From an uncultured Candidatus Saccharibacteria bacterium (GTDB lineage: Bacteria > Patescibacteriota > Minisyncoccia > Phycocordibacterales > JAACPR01), in assembly GCA_964598245.1 (NCBI GenBank), contig CAZRAX010000001.1, positions 1 to 42,319 of the forward strand: 42,319 bases of DNA. Reading direction: 5' to 3'. The notes below the pieces were generated by a model. The model searched no databases, was not told the origin of the DNA, and worked only from the letters and a program-made list of their open reading frames with translations. A program made the translations under genes and the position numbers. Positions 16,043 to 25,863 of this stretch are shown here, piece after piece (the stretch's first letter is position 1; each line of letters begins with the position of its first letter).

Positions 16043-16054
16043 TTAAATTAAATT

Positions 16055-19000
16055 ATGGCGAAATCACAATTAATTAGAACTGACTTAAAAAACACAATAG
16101 GGCAAAGAAAACAAAAGTATTTCTCAAGATATCGTAAGGCAAAAATGGGTCTACCGAATCTTTTTGAAGGGCAACTATCCTCTTTCAAAGATTTAATTGA
16201 CAATGGTTTAAAAGAAGTTTTTGGTGAATTTGAAACTATTTCAGATTATTCAGCCAAAAAATTTGATTTAAAACTCGGGGATATTATCTTTGATGAACCA
16301 AAATTAACAAGTAAAGAAGCTAGATTTAATCATTTAACTTATGATGCTCCAATGAAAATTAGAGCAACTCTTATTAATAAAACCTTGGGGACAAAAAAAG
16401 AACAAGAAATTTTCTTGGCTGACTTTCCTTTGATGACCAAACACGGTACTTTTATTATAAACGGAGTTGAAAGGGTAATCGTTCCGCAACTTGCGCGCTC
16501 TTATGGTATTTTGTTTACTAAACAATTAATTCGCGGACGATTTCAGTTTGGTTCAAAAATTATTCCTTCAAGAGGTGCTTGGATCGAGCTAGAAACTGAT
16601 GCTGATGATGTCGTCTATATTAGAATTGATCGAAATAGAAAATTCCCAGTGACAACTTTCCTAAGAACTCTAGGTGTTGCAACAGATAAAGAAATCATTG
16701 ACTTGTTCAAAAAAAATGAAAAAGCTCAACTTGCAATTAAAAAGACATTGGATCGTGATCCTGTAAAAACTGTAGAAGATGCATATCTTGATGTATACAA
16801 AAGATTGCGTGATGGTGATTTGGCAACATTAGAAAATGCTAAAGAATTCATTAATTCAATATTGAATAAAGAAAGGTATGATTTGTCAGAAGTGGGTAGA
16901 TTTAAATTCAACAAAAGATTTAATTTATCAATAGATAAAAAAGCACTAGAAAAACAAACTCTTAATTTGGAAGATTTTTCTATAATTATTTCGCATGTTA
17001 TTGATTTAAATCATAATCCAGAAGCAGAAGAAGATGATATTGATCATTTGGGTTCTAGAAGGGTTCGTTTTGTTGGTGAATTACTTCAACAAAAAATTAG
17101 AACAGGAATGGCACAAATGAAGAGGAATATTCAAAATAGAATGTCAACAATTGATACAGATTCAACTTTGCCAGCTAATTTTATTGCACCAAGGCCGCTA
17201 CAAGCAAGAATCAAAGAATTTTATACAACAAATCAACTTTCTCAATTGATGCAGCAAGAAAATTTATTGACTGAAACTGAACATTTGAGAACTGTTTCTG
17301 CTCTTGGCCCGGGTGGTCTTCAGAGAGAAAGAGCTGGTTTAGAAGTTCGTGATGTCCATCCCTCACACTATGGTAGAGTTTGTCCTATTCATACGCCAGA
17401 AGGTCCAAATATTGGTCTAATCTTGCGCCTTTCAAATTATGCTAAAACTAATAAATACGGAATGATTGAAACCCCATATTTAAAAGTGGAAAAAGGAAAA
17501 ATTACCAAGGAGATTGTTTATATGAATGCTCATGATGAAGAAGGTTATACAATTGCTCACGCCGCAACAAAAATAGATGATAATGAAAATATTGTTGAAA
17601 AATATGTTAGTGCAAGAAAAAATGGTAATCCAGTTATTATCAAAAATGCAGAAGTTGATTTTATTGATATTGCCCCAAGTCAAGCTTTTTCAATTGCCAC
17701 ATCAATGATTCCTTTTCTAGATCATGATGACGCCAACCGTTCTTTGATGGCATCAAACATGCAAAAACAAGCTGTTCCTCTATTAAATGCAGAAGCTCCG
17801 ATTGTCGCAACAGGTGCAGAAGAAACAGCATTAACTTTTTCAAATAGAGTTTTAAGAGCACAAAGAGATGGTGTAGTTGAATCAGTTGATGCTAGAAAAA
17901 TTACTATTAAAAATTCTGAAAAAGAAATAGATGAATATGAATTAGAAAACTTCCGTAGAACTAATAATTTCACCTGTTTTCATCATAGTCCAAATGTTAA
18001 TGTCGGAGATAAAATCAAAAAAGGAGATTTATTAGCAGATACCTCAACATCAGACAATGGGCAGATTGCTCTTGGTAAAAACCTTTTGGTTGCTTTTATG
18101 TCTTGGTCAGGATCGAATTATGAAGATGCTATTATTATTTCTGAAAGATTAGTTCAAGATGATGTTTTGACATCAGTTCATTTAGAAGAAGTTGTTGTAA
18201 ATGTTCGTGATACAAAACTAGGTCCAGAAGTTACAACTTCAGATATTCCAAATGTTGGTGATAATAAATTAAAAGATCTAGACGAAGATGGAATTGTTCG
18301 AATTGGTGCAGAAGTTAGATCGGGTGATATTTTAGTTGGTAAAATTACTCCAAAAGGTGAATCTCAGTTAACCCCAGAAGAAAGATTACTTCGATCTATT
18401 TTTGGTGATAAAGCTCGTGATGTAAAGGATTCTTCAAAAAGGGCAGAAGGCGGTCTGAGGGGTCGTGTGGTTAATGTTAAAATTTTCTCTAGAGAAAATG
18501 GCGACAAATTAGATTCAGGTATTATAAAAAGAATTCATATTGAAATTGCACAATTACGACCAATTACTGTTGGTGATAAATTGGCTGGTCGACACGGTAA
18601 CAAGGGAGTTATTTCAAAAGTATTACCAGTTGAAGATATGCCATATGCAGAAGACGGTACACCAGTTGATATTATTTTAACTCCGCTTGGTGTTCCTTCT
18701 CGTATGAATCTTGGACAAATTTTAGAACTTCATCTTGGGCTAGCGGCTAACTCTCTAGATTATCAAGCAATTTGCCCTGCTTTTGCTGGAGCAACAGTTG
18801 AAGAAATTAGACAAGAATTGATTGATGCTGGTTTTGATTCAACCGGAAAGATGCCTCTTTACGATGGTCGAAATGGTGATAAGTTTGAACAAAATGTTTC
18901 AGTCGGCTATATGTACATGCTCAAGTTGCACCACATGGTTGAAGATAAATTACACATGAGATCAATTGGACCATACTCATTAATCACTCAGCAACCTCTT

Positions 19001-19276
19001 GGAGGTAAAGCTCAAAATGGTGGTCAAAGATTTGGAGAAATGGAAGTTTGGGCATTGCTTGGTCATGGTGTTGCGCACACTCTTCGTGAGGTTCTAACTT
19101 ATAAATCAGATGATATTGTTGGTCGTTCAGCTGCTTTTGATTCTATTGTTAAAAATGAACCCATTACTCAGACAAACATTCCAGCTTCGTTTAATGTTTT
19201 GTTAAATAATATTCGTGGGCTTGCTCTGGATATTGACATCGTTGAAAAAGAAGATGACCAAGAATTTAATAATTAA
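16055..19276 (+). CDS. rpoB: DNA-directed RNA polymerase beta subunit (compact, 1073 aa)
   Basis: Conserved beta motifs are present throughout: GTFIINGVERVIV, HPSHYGRVCPIHTPEGPNIGL, AGRHGNKGVISKV, GGQRFGEMEVWAL. Confidence 0.97.
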   Translation: MAKSQLIRTDLKNTIGQRKQKYFSRYRKAKMGLPNLFEGQLSSFKDLIDNGLKEVFGEFETISDYSAKKFDLKLGDIIFDEPKLTSKEARFNHLTYDAPMKIRATLINKTLGTKKEQEIFLADFPLMTKHGTFIINGVERVIVPQLARSYGILFTKQLIRGRFQFGSKIIPSRGAWIELETDADDVVYIRIDRNRKFPVTTFLRTLGVATDKEIIDLFKKNEKAQLAIKKTLDRDPVKTVEDAYLDVYKRLRDGDLATLENAKEFINSILNKERYDLSEVGRFKFNKRFNLSIDKKALEKQTLNLEDFSIIISHVIDLNHNPEAEEDDIDHLGSRRVRFVGELLQQKIRTGMAQMKRNIQNRMSTIDTDSTLPANFIAPRPLQARIKEFYTTNQLSQLMQQENLLTETEHLRTVSALGPGGLQRERAGLEVRDVHPSHYGRVCPIHTPEGPNIGLILRLSNYAKTNKYGMIETPYLKVEKGKITKEIVYMNAHDEEGYTIAHAATKIDDNENIVEKYVSARKNGNPVIIKNAEVDFIDIAPSQAFSIATSMIPFLDHDDANRSLMASNMQKQAVPLLNAEAPIVATGAEETALTFSNRVLRAQRDGVVESVDARKITIKNSEKEIDEYELENFRRTNNFTCFHHSPNVNVGDKIKKGDLLADTSTSDNGQIALGKNLLVAFMSWSGSNYEDAIIISERLVQDDVLTSVHLEEVVVNVRDTKLGPEVTTSDIPNVGDNKLKDLDEDGIVRIGAEVRSGDILVGKITPKGESQLTPEERLLRSIFGDKARDVKDSSKRAEGGLRGRVVNVKIFSRENGDKLDSGIIKRIHIEIAQLRPITVGDKLAGRHGNKGVISKVLPVEDMPYAEDGTPVDIILTPLGVPSRMNLGQILELHLGLAANSLDYQAICPAFAGATVEEIRQELIDAGFDSTGKMPLYDGRNGDKFEQNVSVGYMYMLKLHHMVEDKLHMRSIGPYSLITQQPLGGKAQNGGQRFGEMEVWALLGHGVAHTLREVLTYKSDDIVGRSAAFDSIVKNEPITQTNIPASFNVLLNNIRGLALDIDIVEKEDDQEFNN

Positions 19277-19291
19277 GATAATCAAACAATC

Positions 19292-22200
19292 ATGAGAAGA
19301 AATCAAAAACAAAAAAATATTGATAAAATTTTCTTAAAAATGGCTTCGCCAGAAAGAATTTTAGAATGGTCATGTGGTGAGGTTACTCGTCCTGAGACAG
19401 TTAATTACAGAACTCAAAGATCTGAAAAAAATGGATTGTTTGATGAAAGAATTTTTGGGCCAGAAAAAGATTACGAATGTTATTGTGGTAAGTACAAGGG
19501 AATCAGATACAAAGGTATTACCTGTGAAAAGTGTGGTGTCGAAGTAACAAAAGCAATTGTCCGCCGAGAGAGAATGGGCCATATTGAACTAGCTTCACCA
19601 GTCTCACATATTTGGTTTTTGCGTAGTATGCCATCAAGAATTAGTTTGATTCTTGGCATGAGTTCATCTGATGTTGAAAAAGTTATTTATTTTGCTGGCT
19701 ATTTAATTACTAAAATTGATGAAGAGGAGAAGAAAAGAATTTTATCTGACTTAGAATCAGAACTTAAAACAAAAAGTAAGACAGCACAAGATAAAAAAAC
19801 TAAAGAAAGACTAAAAGATCTTTATCAAGATACAAAAAAAGAAATTGATGAAATTGTTAAAGGAAAAGTTCTTGATGAAATTCAGTATCATAAATATTCT
19901 ATGAAATATAGTGCACTCTTTGAAGCTTCAATTGGTGCTGAGGCAATTTATGATATTTTTAAATCTTTAAATCTAGAAGAATTGTTAGCAAACTTACAAA
20001 AAGATATTGAAAATGCACCTTCTTTATTAAAAATTAAATTAAACAAAAGAATAAGTTTAATTAAATCAATGATAAATTCAAAAATTAGACCTGAATGGAT
20101 GTTTTTGAATTATATTCCTGTTATTCCACCAGCACTACGCCCTATGGTAGCTCTTGATGGTGGACGTCAAGCAACATCTGATGTTAATGACCTTTACCGT
20201 AGAGTTATCAATAGAAATAATCGTTTAAAAAAATTAAAAATAATTGGAGCGCCTGATGTTATTTTAAGAAATGAAAAAAGAATTCTTCAAGAAGCAGTTG
20301 ACGCATTAATTGATAATTCAATTCGACATAATTCTAACTCTGGCATGATGAGTGCTGCTCAAAAAAGACCACTTAAATCTTTGGCTGATAACCTAAAAGG
20401 TAAAAAAGGATTATTCAGAGGTAATTTACTAGGTAAAAGAGTTGATTACTCTGGTCGTTCGGTTATTGTTATTGGTCCTAATTTGGCTCTTCACCAGTGT
20501 GGTTTACCAAAACATATGGCTTTGGAATTATTCAAACCTTTTGTTATTTCAGAATTATTAAAAAAAGAACTTGCTTTTAATATTAGAGGAGCAGGGCGTC
20601 TTATTGATGATGGAGCCCCAGAAGTTTGGGAGATCTTGGAAGATGTTATCAAAGATAAATATGTTTTATTGAATCGTGCTCCAACTTTACACAGACTTGG
20701 TATTCAAGCATTTCAACCCGTTTTAATTGAGGGTCAGGCTATTCAAGTTCACCCACTTGTTTGTACTGCTTTCAATGCCGACTTTGATGGTGACCAAATG
20801 GCAGTTCATGTTCCTTTATCAGTTGTTTCTCAATATGAAGCCAGAGAAATTATGGCAGCAGACAAGAATATTTTAAAACCTGGTTCAGGAGAACCAGTTG
20901 TTGCTGCCAAATTGCTAGACATATTACTTGGATGTTTTTGGGTTACAAAAATGGTTAAAGGTGAAAAAGGAGAAGGTATGATGTTCCCAGGTCCAAATAC
21001 TGCAATGACAGCTTATGATTATGGATTAGTTTCTTTGAGATCAAAAATTTTAGTTAAAACAAAAAAGGAAACAAAATATCAAAATGAAAGTGGTGATAAT
21101 CAACTAGAAACAACTGTAGGTAGAATTATTTTTAATTCAATTTTACCCCAAGATTATCCTTTTATTAATGAAGAAATTAATAAAAAGAAAATGTCATCTA
21201 TTGTGGCAGATTTAATTAACAAGTACGGACTTGGTGGAATTCCTAAAATCATGGATGATATTAAAGATTTTGGATTTTATCATGCAACAAAATCGGGTAT
21301 TACATGGGCAATTGACGATTTAATGATCCCACCAGAAAAAGACGCTATTATTAATGAAGCAACAGAAGAAGTTAAGAAAGTAATGAGACAGTTTGGGGAT
21401 GGTCTACTTTCAGAACAAGAAAAAAAGAGAAAACTAACAACTATTTGGCATGGAGCTAAAAATAAAATAGAATCATTAATCCCAGAAAATTTGGATGAAA
21501 ATTCTCCTGTTTATGATATGTGGAAGTCTGGAGCCAGAGGTTCTCTTGGACAAATTACAAATATGGCCGGTATGAAAGGACTTATTGTTAATTCAAAAGG
21601 TGAAGAAATTGAAACACCAATTCTCTCTTGTTCCAAAGAAGGTTTCAGTCCTATTGAGTACTTCACTTCAACTCATGGTTCTCGAAAAGGTTTAACCGAT
21701 ACAGCTTTAAACACTGCCAAAGCCGGTTATTTAACACGAAGATTATTTGACGTTGCTCAAGATATTATTGTTAATGAAGAAGATTGTAAAACAAAAAAAT
21801 CAATCAGAATCAGTAAAACATCATCAGATTCCGGAATGGAAGTCCCATTGTCTAACAAGATCAGAGGAAGGGTTTTAGCCTCTGATGTTGTTGTTGGTGG
21901 TAAGACATTGTTTAAAAAAGGTCATTTAATTACTAAAAATGATGCTCTTGATATTGAAAATTCAGAGGCTGAGTTTGTTGAAGTCCGATCACCGCTTACA
22001 TGTGAATCAAAAAGAGGTGTCTGTTCAAAATGTTATGGTGTAGATCTTGGAAAGGATGAAATTGTTGACGTTGGTGAAGCTGTTGGAACAATTGCAGCAC
22101 AAGCGATTGGTGAGCCTGGAACCCAATTAACAATGAGAACTTTTCACGCTGGAGGTACTGCTATTGTTGGTGGAGATATTACCCAAGGTCTCCCTCGTGT

Positions 22201-22966
22201 TGAAGAAGTTTTTGAAAGACGAAAACCAAAATCTCCTGCAATTATTTCAAAAACAGATGGAATAATTAGTGAAATTATAGATGAAAGAAAAGAGAAAAAA
22301 TTAATTGTTTCTCCATCTGGAGCAAATAAAACAAAGAAAAATCAAGAATATAAAGTTTCTCAAGTTAGAACATTATTAGTAAAGGTTGGTGAAGAAGTTG
22401 TAAAAGGTCAACTTTTGACAGATGGTTCAGCCGATCTTTCAGAGCTTTATAAATATGCTGGAAAAGAAGAAACGGAAAATTATATTATTGGACAAATAAA
22501 TAAAATTTATGAACTTCAAGGAGAGCCCGTTTCTAGAAAACATATTGAAATAATTGTTAAACAAATGTTTTCTAGAATTAAAATCATTGATTCAGGAGAT
22601 ACTTTGTTTACTGTTGGAGATGTTGTTAATAAAACAGATTTCAATGAAGAAAATGAAAAGATGAATAATCAAAACAAGATGGAAGCAAAAGGAGAACCTG
22701 TTATCTTGGGTATAACAGAAGTTTCACTTTCAAGAAAGAGCTTCTTATCTGCAGCATCATTCCAGCACACAACAAAAGTACTTATAAATGGAGCTATTCG
22801 TGGCTCAGAAGATGATCTTAATGGTCTCAAAGAAAATGTTATCCTTGGCCGTTTGATTCCAGCAGGAACCGGCTTTAAAGGAAGCAAAAAAAATCAAGAA
22901 GCGGAAAAGATTGAAGAAGAAGCAATTAGAAAATACGAAGAAACAACATCATATAGACAAGAATAA
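19292..22966 (+). CDS. rpoC: DNA-directed RNA polymerase beta' subunit
   Basis: 1224-aa ORF with a Zn-binding CYCGKYKGIRYKGITCEKCGV, the catalytic NADFDGDQMAVH, and bridge-helix/trigger-loop regions. Confidence 0.97.
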   Translation: MRRNQKQKNIDKIFLKMASPERILEWSCGEVTRPETVNYRTQRSEKNGLFDERIFGPEKDYECYCGKYKGIRYKGITCEKCGVEVTKAIVRRERMGHIELASPVSHIWFLRSMPSRISLILGMSSSDVEKVIYFAGYLITKIDEEEKKRILSDLESELKTKSKTAQDKKTKERLKDLYQDTKKEIDEIVKGKVLDEIQYHKYSMKYSALFEASIGAEAIYDIFKSLNLEELLANLQKDIENAPSLLKIKLNKRISLIKSMINSKIRPEWMFLNYIPVIPPALRPMVALDGGRQATSDVNDLYRRVINRNNRLKKLKIIGAPDVILRNEKRILQEAVDALIDNSIRHNSNSGMMSAAQKRPLKSLADNLKGKKGLFRGNLLGKRVDYSGRSVIVIGPNLALHQCGLPKHMALELFKPFVISELLKKELAFNIRGAGRLIDDGAPEVWEILEDVIKDKYVLLNRAPTLHRLGIQAFQPVLIEGQAIQVHPLVCTAFNADFDGDQMAVHVPLSVVSQYEAREIMAADKNILKPGSGEPVVAAKLLDILLGCFWVTKMVKGEKGEGMMFPGPNTAMTAYDYGLVSLRSKILVKTKKETKYQNESGDNQLETTVGRIIFNSILPQDYPFINEEINKKKMSSIVADLINKYGLGGIPKIMDDIKDFGFYHATKSGITWAIDDLMIPPEKDAIINEATEEVKKVMRQFGDGLLSEQEKKRKLTTIWHGAKNKIESLIPENLDENSPVYDMWKSGARGSLGQITNMAGMKGLIVNSKGEEIETPILSCSKEGFSPIEYFTSTHGSRKGLTDTALNTAKAGYLTRRLFDVAQDIIVNEEDCKTKKSIRISKTSSDSGMEVPLSNKIRGRVLASDVVVGGKTLFKKGHLITKNDALDIENSEAEFVEVRSPLTCESKRGVCSKCYGVDLGKDEIVDVGEAVGTIAAQAIGEPGTQLTMRTFHAGGTAIVGGDITQGLPRVEEVFERRKPKSPAIISKTDGIISEIIDERKEKKLIVSPSGANKTKKNQEYKVSQVRTLLVKVGEEVVKGQLLTDGSADLSELYKYAGKEETENYIIGQINKIYELQGEPVSRKHIEIIVKQMFSRIKIIDSGDTLFTVGDVVNKTDFNEENEKMNNQNKMEAKGEPVILGITEVSLSRKSFLSAASFQHTTKVLINGAIRGSEDDLNGLKENVILGRLIPAGTGFKGSKKNQEAEKIEEEAIRKYEETTSYRQE

Positions 22967-22975
22967 AATATTATT

Positions 22976-24691
22976 ATGTCGCAAGATAATGTATCAAAAA
23001 TAAAAGAGCGGCTAGGAATCAAAGAGGTAATAGAAGATTATATAAAATTAGAAAAAGCGGGAAGTAATTACAAAGGGAGATGTCCTTTCCATAATGACAA
23101 AACACCTTCCTTTTTCGTTTCACCAGAAAGAGAAAGTTATTATTGCTTTGGTTGTGGGGCAAAAGGCGATATTTTTACCTTTGTTCAAGAATTTGAAGGA
23201 ACTGATTTTGTTGGTGCTTTAAAAATATTAGCCAATAAAGCTGGTATTGAATTAGAAAAAATTAATTATCAAAAAAATTCTAAAACAAAGATTATTAAAG
23301 ATATTTTGGAAGAAGCGACTAGTTTTTTTGAAGAACAATTAAAAAATAATTCAGAAGTTAAGTTATATTTAGAAAAAAGAGGAATTAAAGAAAAAACTAT
23401 TCTAGAATGGAGAATTGGATTTGCACCGTCTGGTTGGAGAAATATTTTTGATCATTTAAAAAAATTAAAATATTTAGAATCTGATATTGAAAGGGCTGGA
23501 TTTATTAAAAAAAATGAAAAAGGAGAATATTATGATCGTTTCCGTAGTCGAGTTATGTTTCCAATTTTTAATTCAATGGGGGAGGTCATTGCGTTTTCTG
23601 GGAGAATTTTTGGCTCAAGTGAAGAAATGGCGAAATATATTAATAGCCCAGAAACTGAGGTCTTCAAAAAATCTGAGGTTTTATATGGTTTAGATAAAGC
23701 TAAAAAAGCAATTAGAAAAAATAATTTTACTATTTTAGTTGAAGGCCAAATGGATACAATAATGTGTTATCAAGCTGGATATAAAAATGTTGTTGCTTCA
23801 TCCGGAACTGCTCTTACCGAAACTCAATTAAAAAATATTAATAAATTATCGAATAATTTAGTAATTGCTTTTGATTCAGACAGCGCTGGTTTTAGTGCTT
23901 CTGAAAAAGCCTGGGGGATGGCTCTTTCATTGGGTATGGATGTAAAGATTGCTCCTTTAAGAGGTGGTTTGGACCCCGCAGACTTGATTAAGGAAGATAT
24001 AAAAAAATGGAAAGAGGTAATTAAAAATTCACAACATATTATAGATGCTTTAATTGATAAAATAAACGATTCAGGTTCATCTAAAAGAAAAATAAATCAA
24101 ATGATTGTCAAAGAAATTATCCCACATCTTTCTTCTATAAAAAGTCGGGTTGATCAACATTATTTTACTAAAAAAATAAGTGATAAATTTAATTTACCAA
24201 TTGATGTAATTTCTGAAGAAGTAAAAAATTATCAAAAAAATGGAAATCTTTTAGATGATGAATATTCAACCGGTGCTGATTATGAAAAACCCAAAGCAAT
24301 TAATACTAGAGAAAGAGATGAGCTATCATTAGAAAAAAGACTTTTTGGTATTTTATATTATTTTGAAAAAAAAGATCCTTCAAGATTTGAAGAAATTCAA
24401 AAGGGGATAGTTAGTATTGTTGGTAAAGAAGAATATGATAAAATTCTAGAAAGTATTAACAATGAGCTTGAGGAGATAATCTTTGCTGTTGAGAATTCTT
24501 TTGACTACGAAACAGTTACAAAAGAATCAACAGAACTAATTAAAAATCTAAAAATTAAAAAATTAAATAAAAAGCGAAAAGAATTATTACTAGAATTAAA
24601 AAGTGCAGAAATAACCGGTGATGAAAAAATTGAAAATGATTTATTAAAAGAGATTAATAATATATCTAAAGAAATTCAAAAAAATATTTAA
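22976..24691 (+). CDS. dnaG: DNA primase
   Basis: 571-aa ORF with a zinc finger CPFHNDKTPSF...CFGCGAKGD, RNA polymerase core motifs, and TOPRIM (LVEGQMD..., FDSDSAG). Confidence 0.93.
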   Translation: MSQDNVSKIKERLGIKEVIEDYIKLEKAGSNYKGRCPFHNDKTPSFFVSPERESYYCFGCGAKGDIFTFVQEFEGTDFVGALKILANKAGIELEKINYQKNSKTKIIKDILEEATSFFEEQLKNNSEVKLYLEKRGIKEKTILEWRIGFAPSGWRNIFDHLKKLKYLESDIERAGFIKKNEKGEYYDRFRSRVMFPIFNSMGEVIAFSGRIFGSSEEMAKYINSPETEVFKKSEVLYGLDKAKKAIRKNNFTILVEGQMDTIMCYQAGYKNVVASSGTALTETQLKNINKLSNNLVIAFDSDSAGFSASEKAWGMALSLGMDVKIAPLRGGLDPADLIKEDIKKWKEVIKNSQHIIDALIDKINDSGSSKRKINQMIVKEIIPHLSSIKSRVDQHYFTKKISDKFNLPIDVISEEVKNYQKNGNLLDDEYSTGADYEKPKAINTRERDELSLEKRLFGILYYFEKKDPSRFEEIQKGIVSIVGKEEYDKILESINNELEEIIFAVENSFDYETVTKESTELIKNLKIKKLNKKRKELLLELKSAEITGDEKIENDLLKEINNISKEIQKNI

Positions 24692-24693
24692 AT

Positions 24694-25863
24694 ATGCCAA
24701 GAAAAAAAACAAATAAAAAAGTGTACAAAAAGTCTACTAAAAAAACTATTAGAAAAAAAATAGTTAAAAAACCCAAAAAAAAGCCTCAAAAAAAAGCTAG
24801 CCCAAAAAAAGATCTGTCTGAAAAATTAATCTCAAGGGGAAAAGAACGAGGGTTTGTTACTTATGATGAAATTTTAAAAGAATTTCCAAGTATTGAGACT
24901 GATGTAAAATTTCTAACTAAATTATATGAAGATTTTGAAAATTCAGGAGTAGATGTTTTAGAAGGTGGTGGATTACTGGAAATGCCCAATGAAAAAGAAA
25001 CCGAAAAATTTGTTTATGGAAAAATTTCCTCTCAATATGATTCAATTCAAATGTATCTAAAAGAAATTGGGCAGTATCCTCTTATTATGGCTCATGAAGA
25101 AAAAGAATTAGCCAAAAGAATTGAGGCTGGAGATGATGAAGCAAAAAACTTATTAGCTCGTGCCAATCTTCGTTTGGTTGTTTCAATTGCTAAAAAATAT
25201 GTTGGTAGGAGCCCAGATTTGACACTTTTAGACTTGATTCAAGAAGGTAATCTTGGTTTATTTAAAGCTGTTGATAAGTTTGATTGGACAAAAGGTTATA
25301 AATTTTCTACTTATGCCACTTGGTGGATTAGACAGGCAATTACAAGAGCTCTAGCTGATCAATCTAGAACAATTAGAGTTCCAGTTCATATGGTTGAAAC
25401 AATTGCTAAATATAAACAAGTTTTTAGAAGATTGTCTCAAGATTTGGGAAGAGAACCGATGCCAGAGGAAATAGCAATAGAAATGGATTTAGATATTGAA
25501 AAAATTTATACTATTGAAAAAATTGACCAAAACACAATTTCTTTAGAAAATCCCGTCGGAGATGATGGTGATGAAAAATCTACCCTAAGTGATTTTTTGG
25601 CTGACGATAAGGTTTCTTCTCCAGATCAGGATGCTTCACATAGAATTTTGAAAGATCAAGTTGAATCTATTTTATCTGACTTATCTGAAAAAGAAAGAAA
25701 AATTTTAGAATTAAGACACGGGCTGGGAGATGGTATTCAACATACACTCGAGGAGGTTGGTAAAAAATTTGGTGTTACTCGGGAAAGAATCCGCCAAATT
25801 GAAGCAAAAGCTCATGAAAAAATTAGACAACATACCGATGCTGGTAAACTAAAAAATTACTAA
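24694..25863 (+). CDS. rpoD: Primary sigma-70 factor with a Lys-rich N-terminal tail
   Basis: 389-aa ORF with region 2 (NLRLVVSIAKKY, LIQEGNLGLFKAVDKFD, FSTYATWWIRQAI) and region 4 (TLEEVGKKFGVTRERIRQIE). The first 40 residues contain 21 Lys/Arg. Confidence 0.95.
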   Translation: MPRKKTNKKVYKKSTKKTIRKKIVKKPKKKPQKKASPKKDLSEKLISRGKERGFVTYDEILKEFPSIETDVKFLTKLYEDFENSGVDVLEGGGLLEMPNEKETEKFVYGKISSQYDSIQMYLKEIGQYPLIMAHEEKELAKRIEAGDDEAKNLLARANLRLVVSIAKKYVGRSPDLTLLDLIQEGNLGLFKAVDKFDWTKGYKFSTYATWWIRQAITRALADQSRTIRVPVHMVETIAKYKQVFRRLSQDLGREPMPEEIAIEMDLDIEKIYTIEKIDQNTISLENPVGDDGDEKSTLSDFLADDKVSSPDQDASHRILKDQVESILSDLSEKERKILELRHGLGDGIQHTLEEVGKKFGVTRERIRQIEAKAHEKIRQHTDAGKLKNY

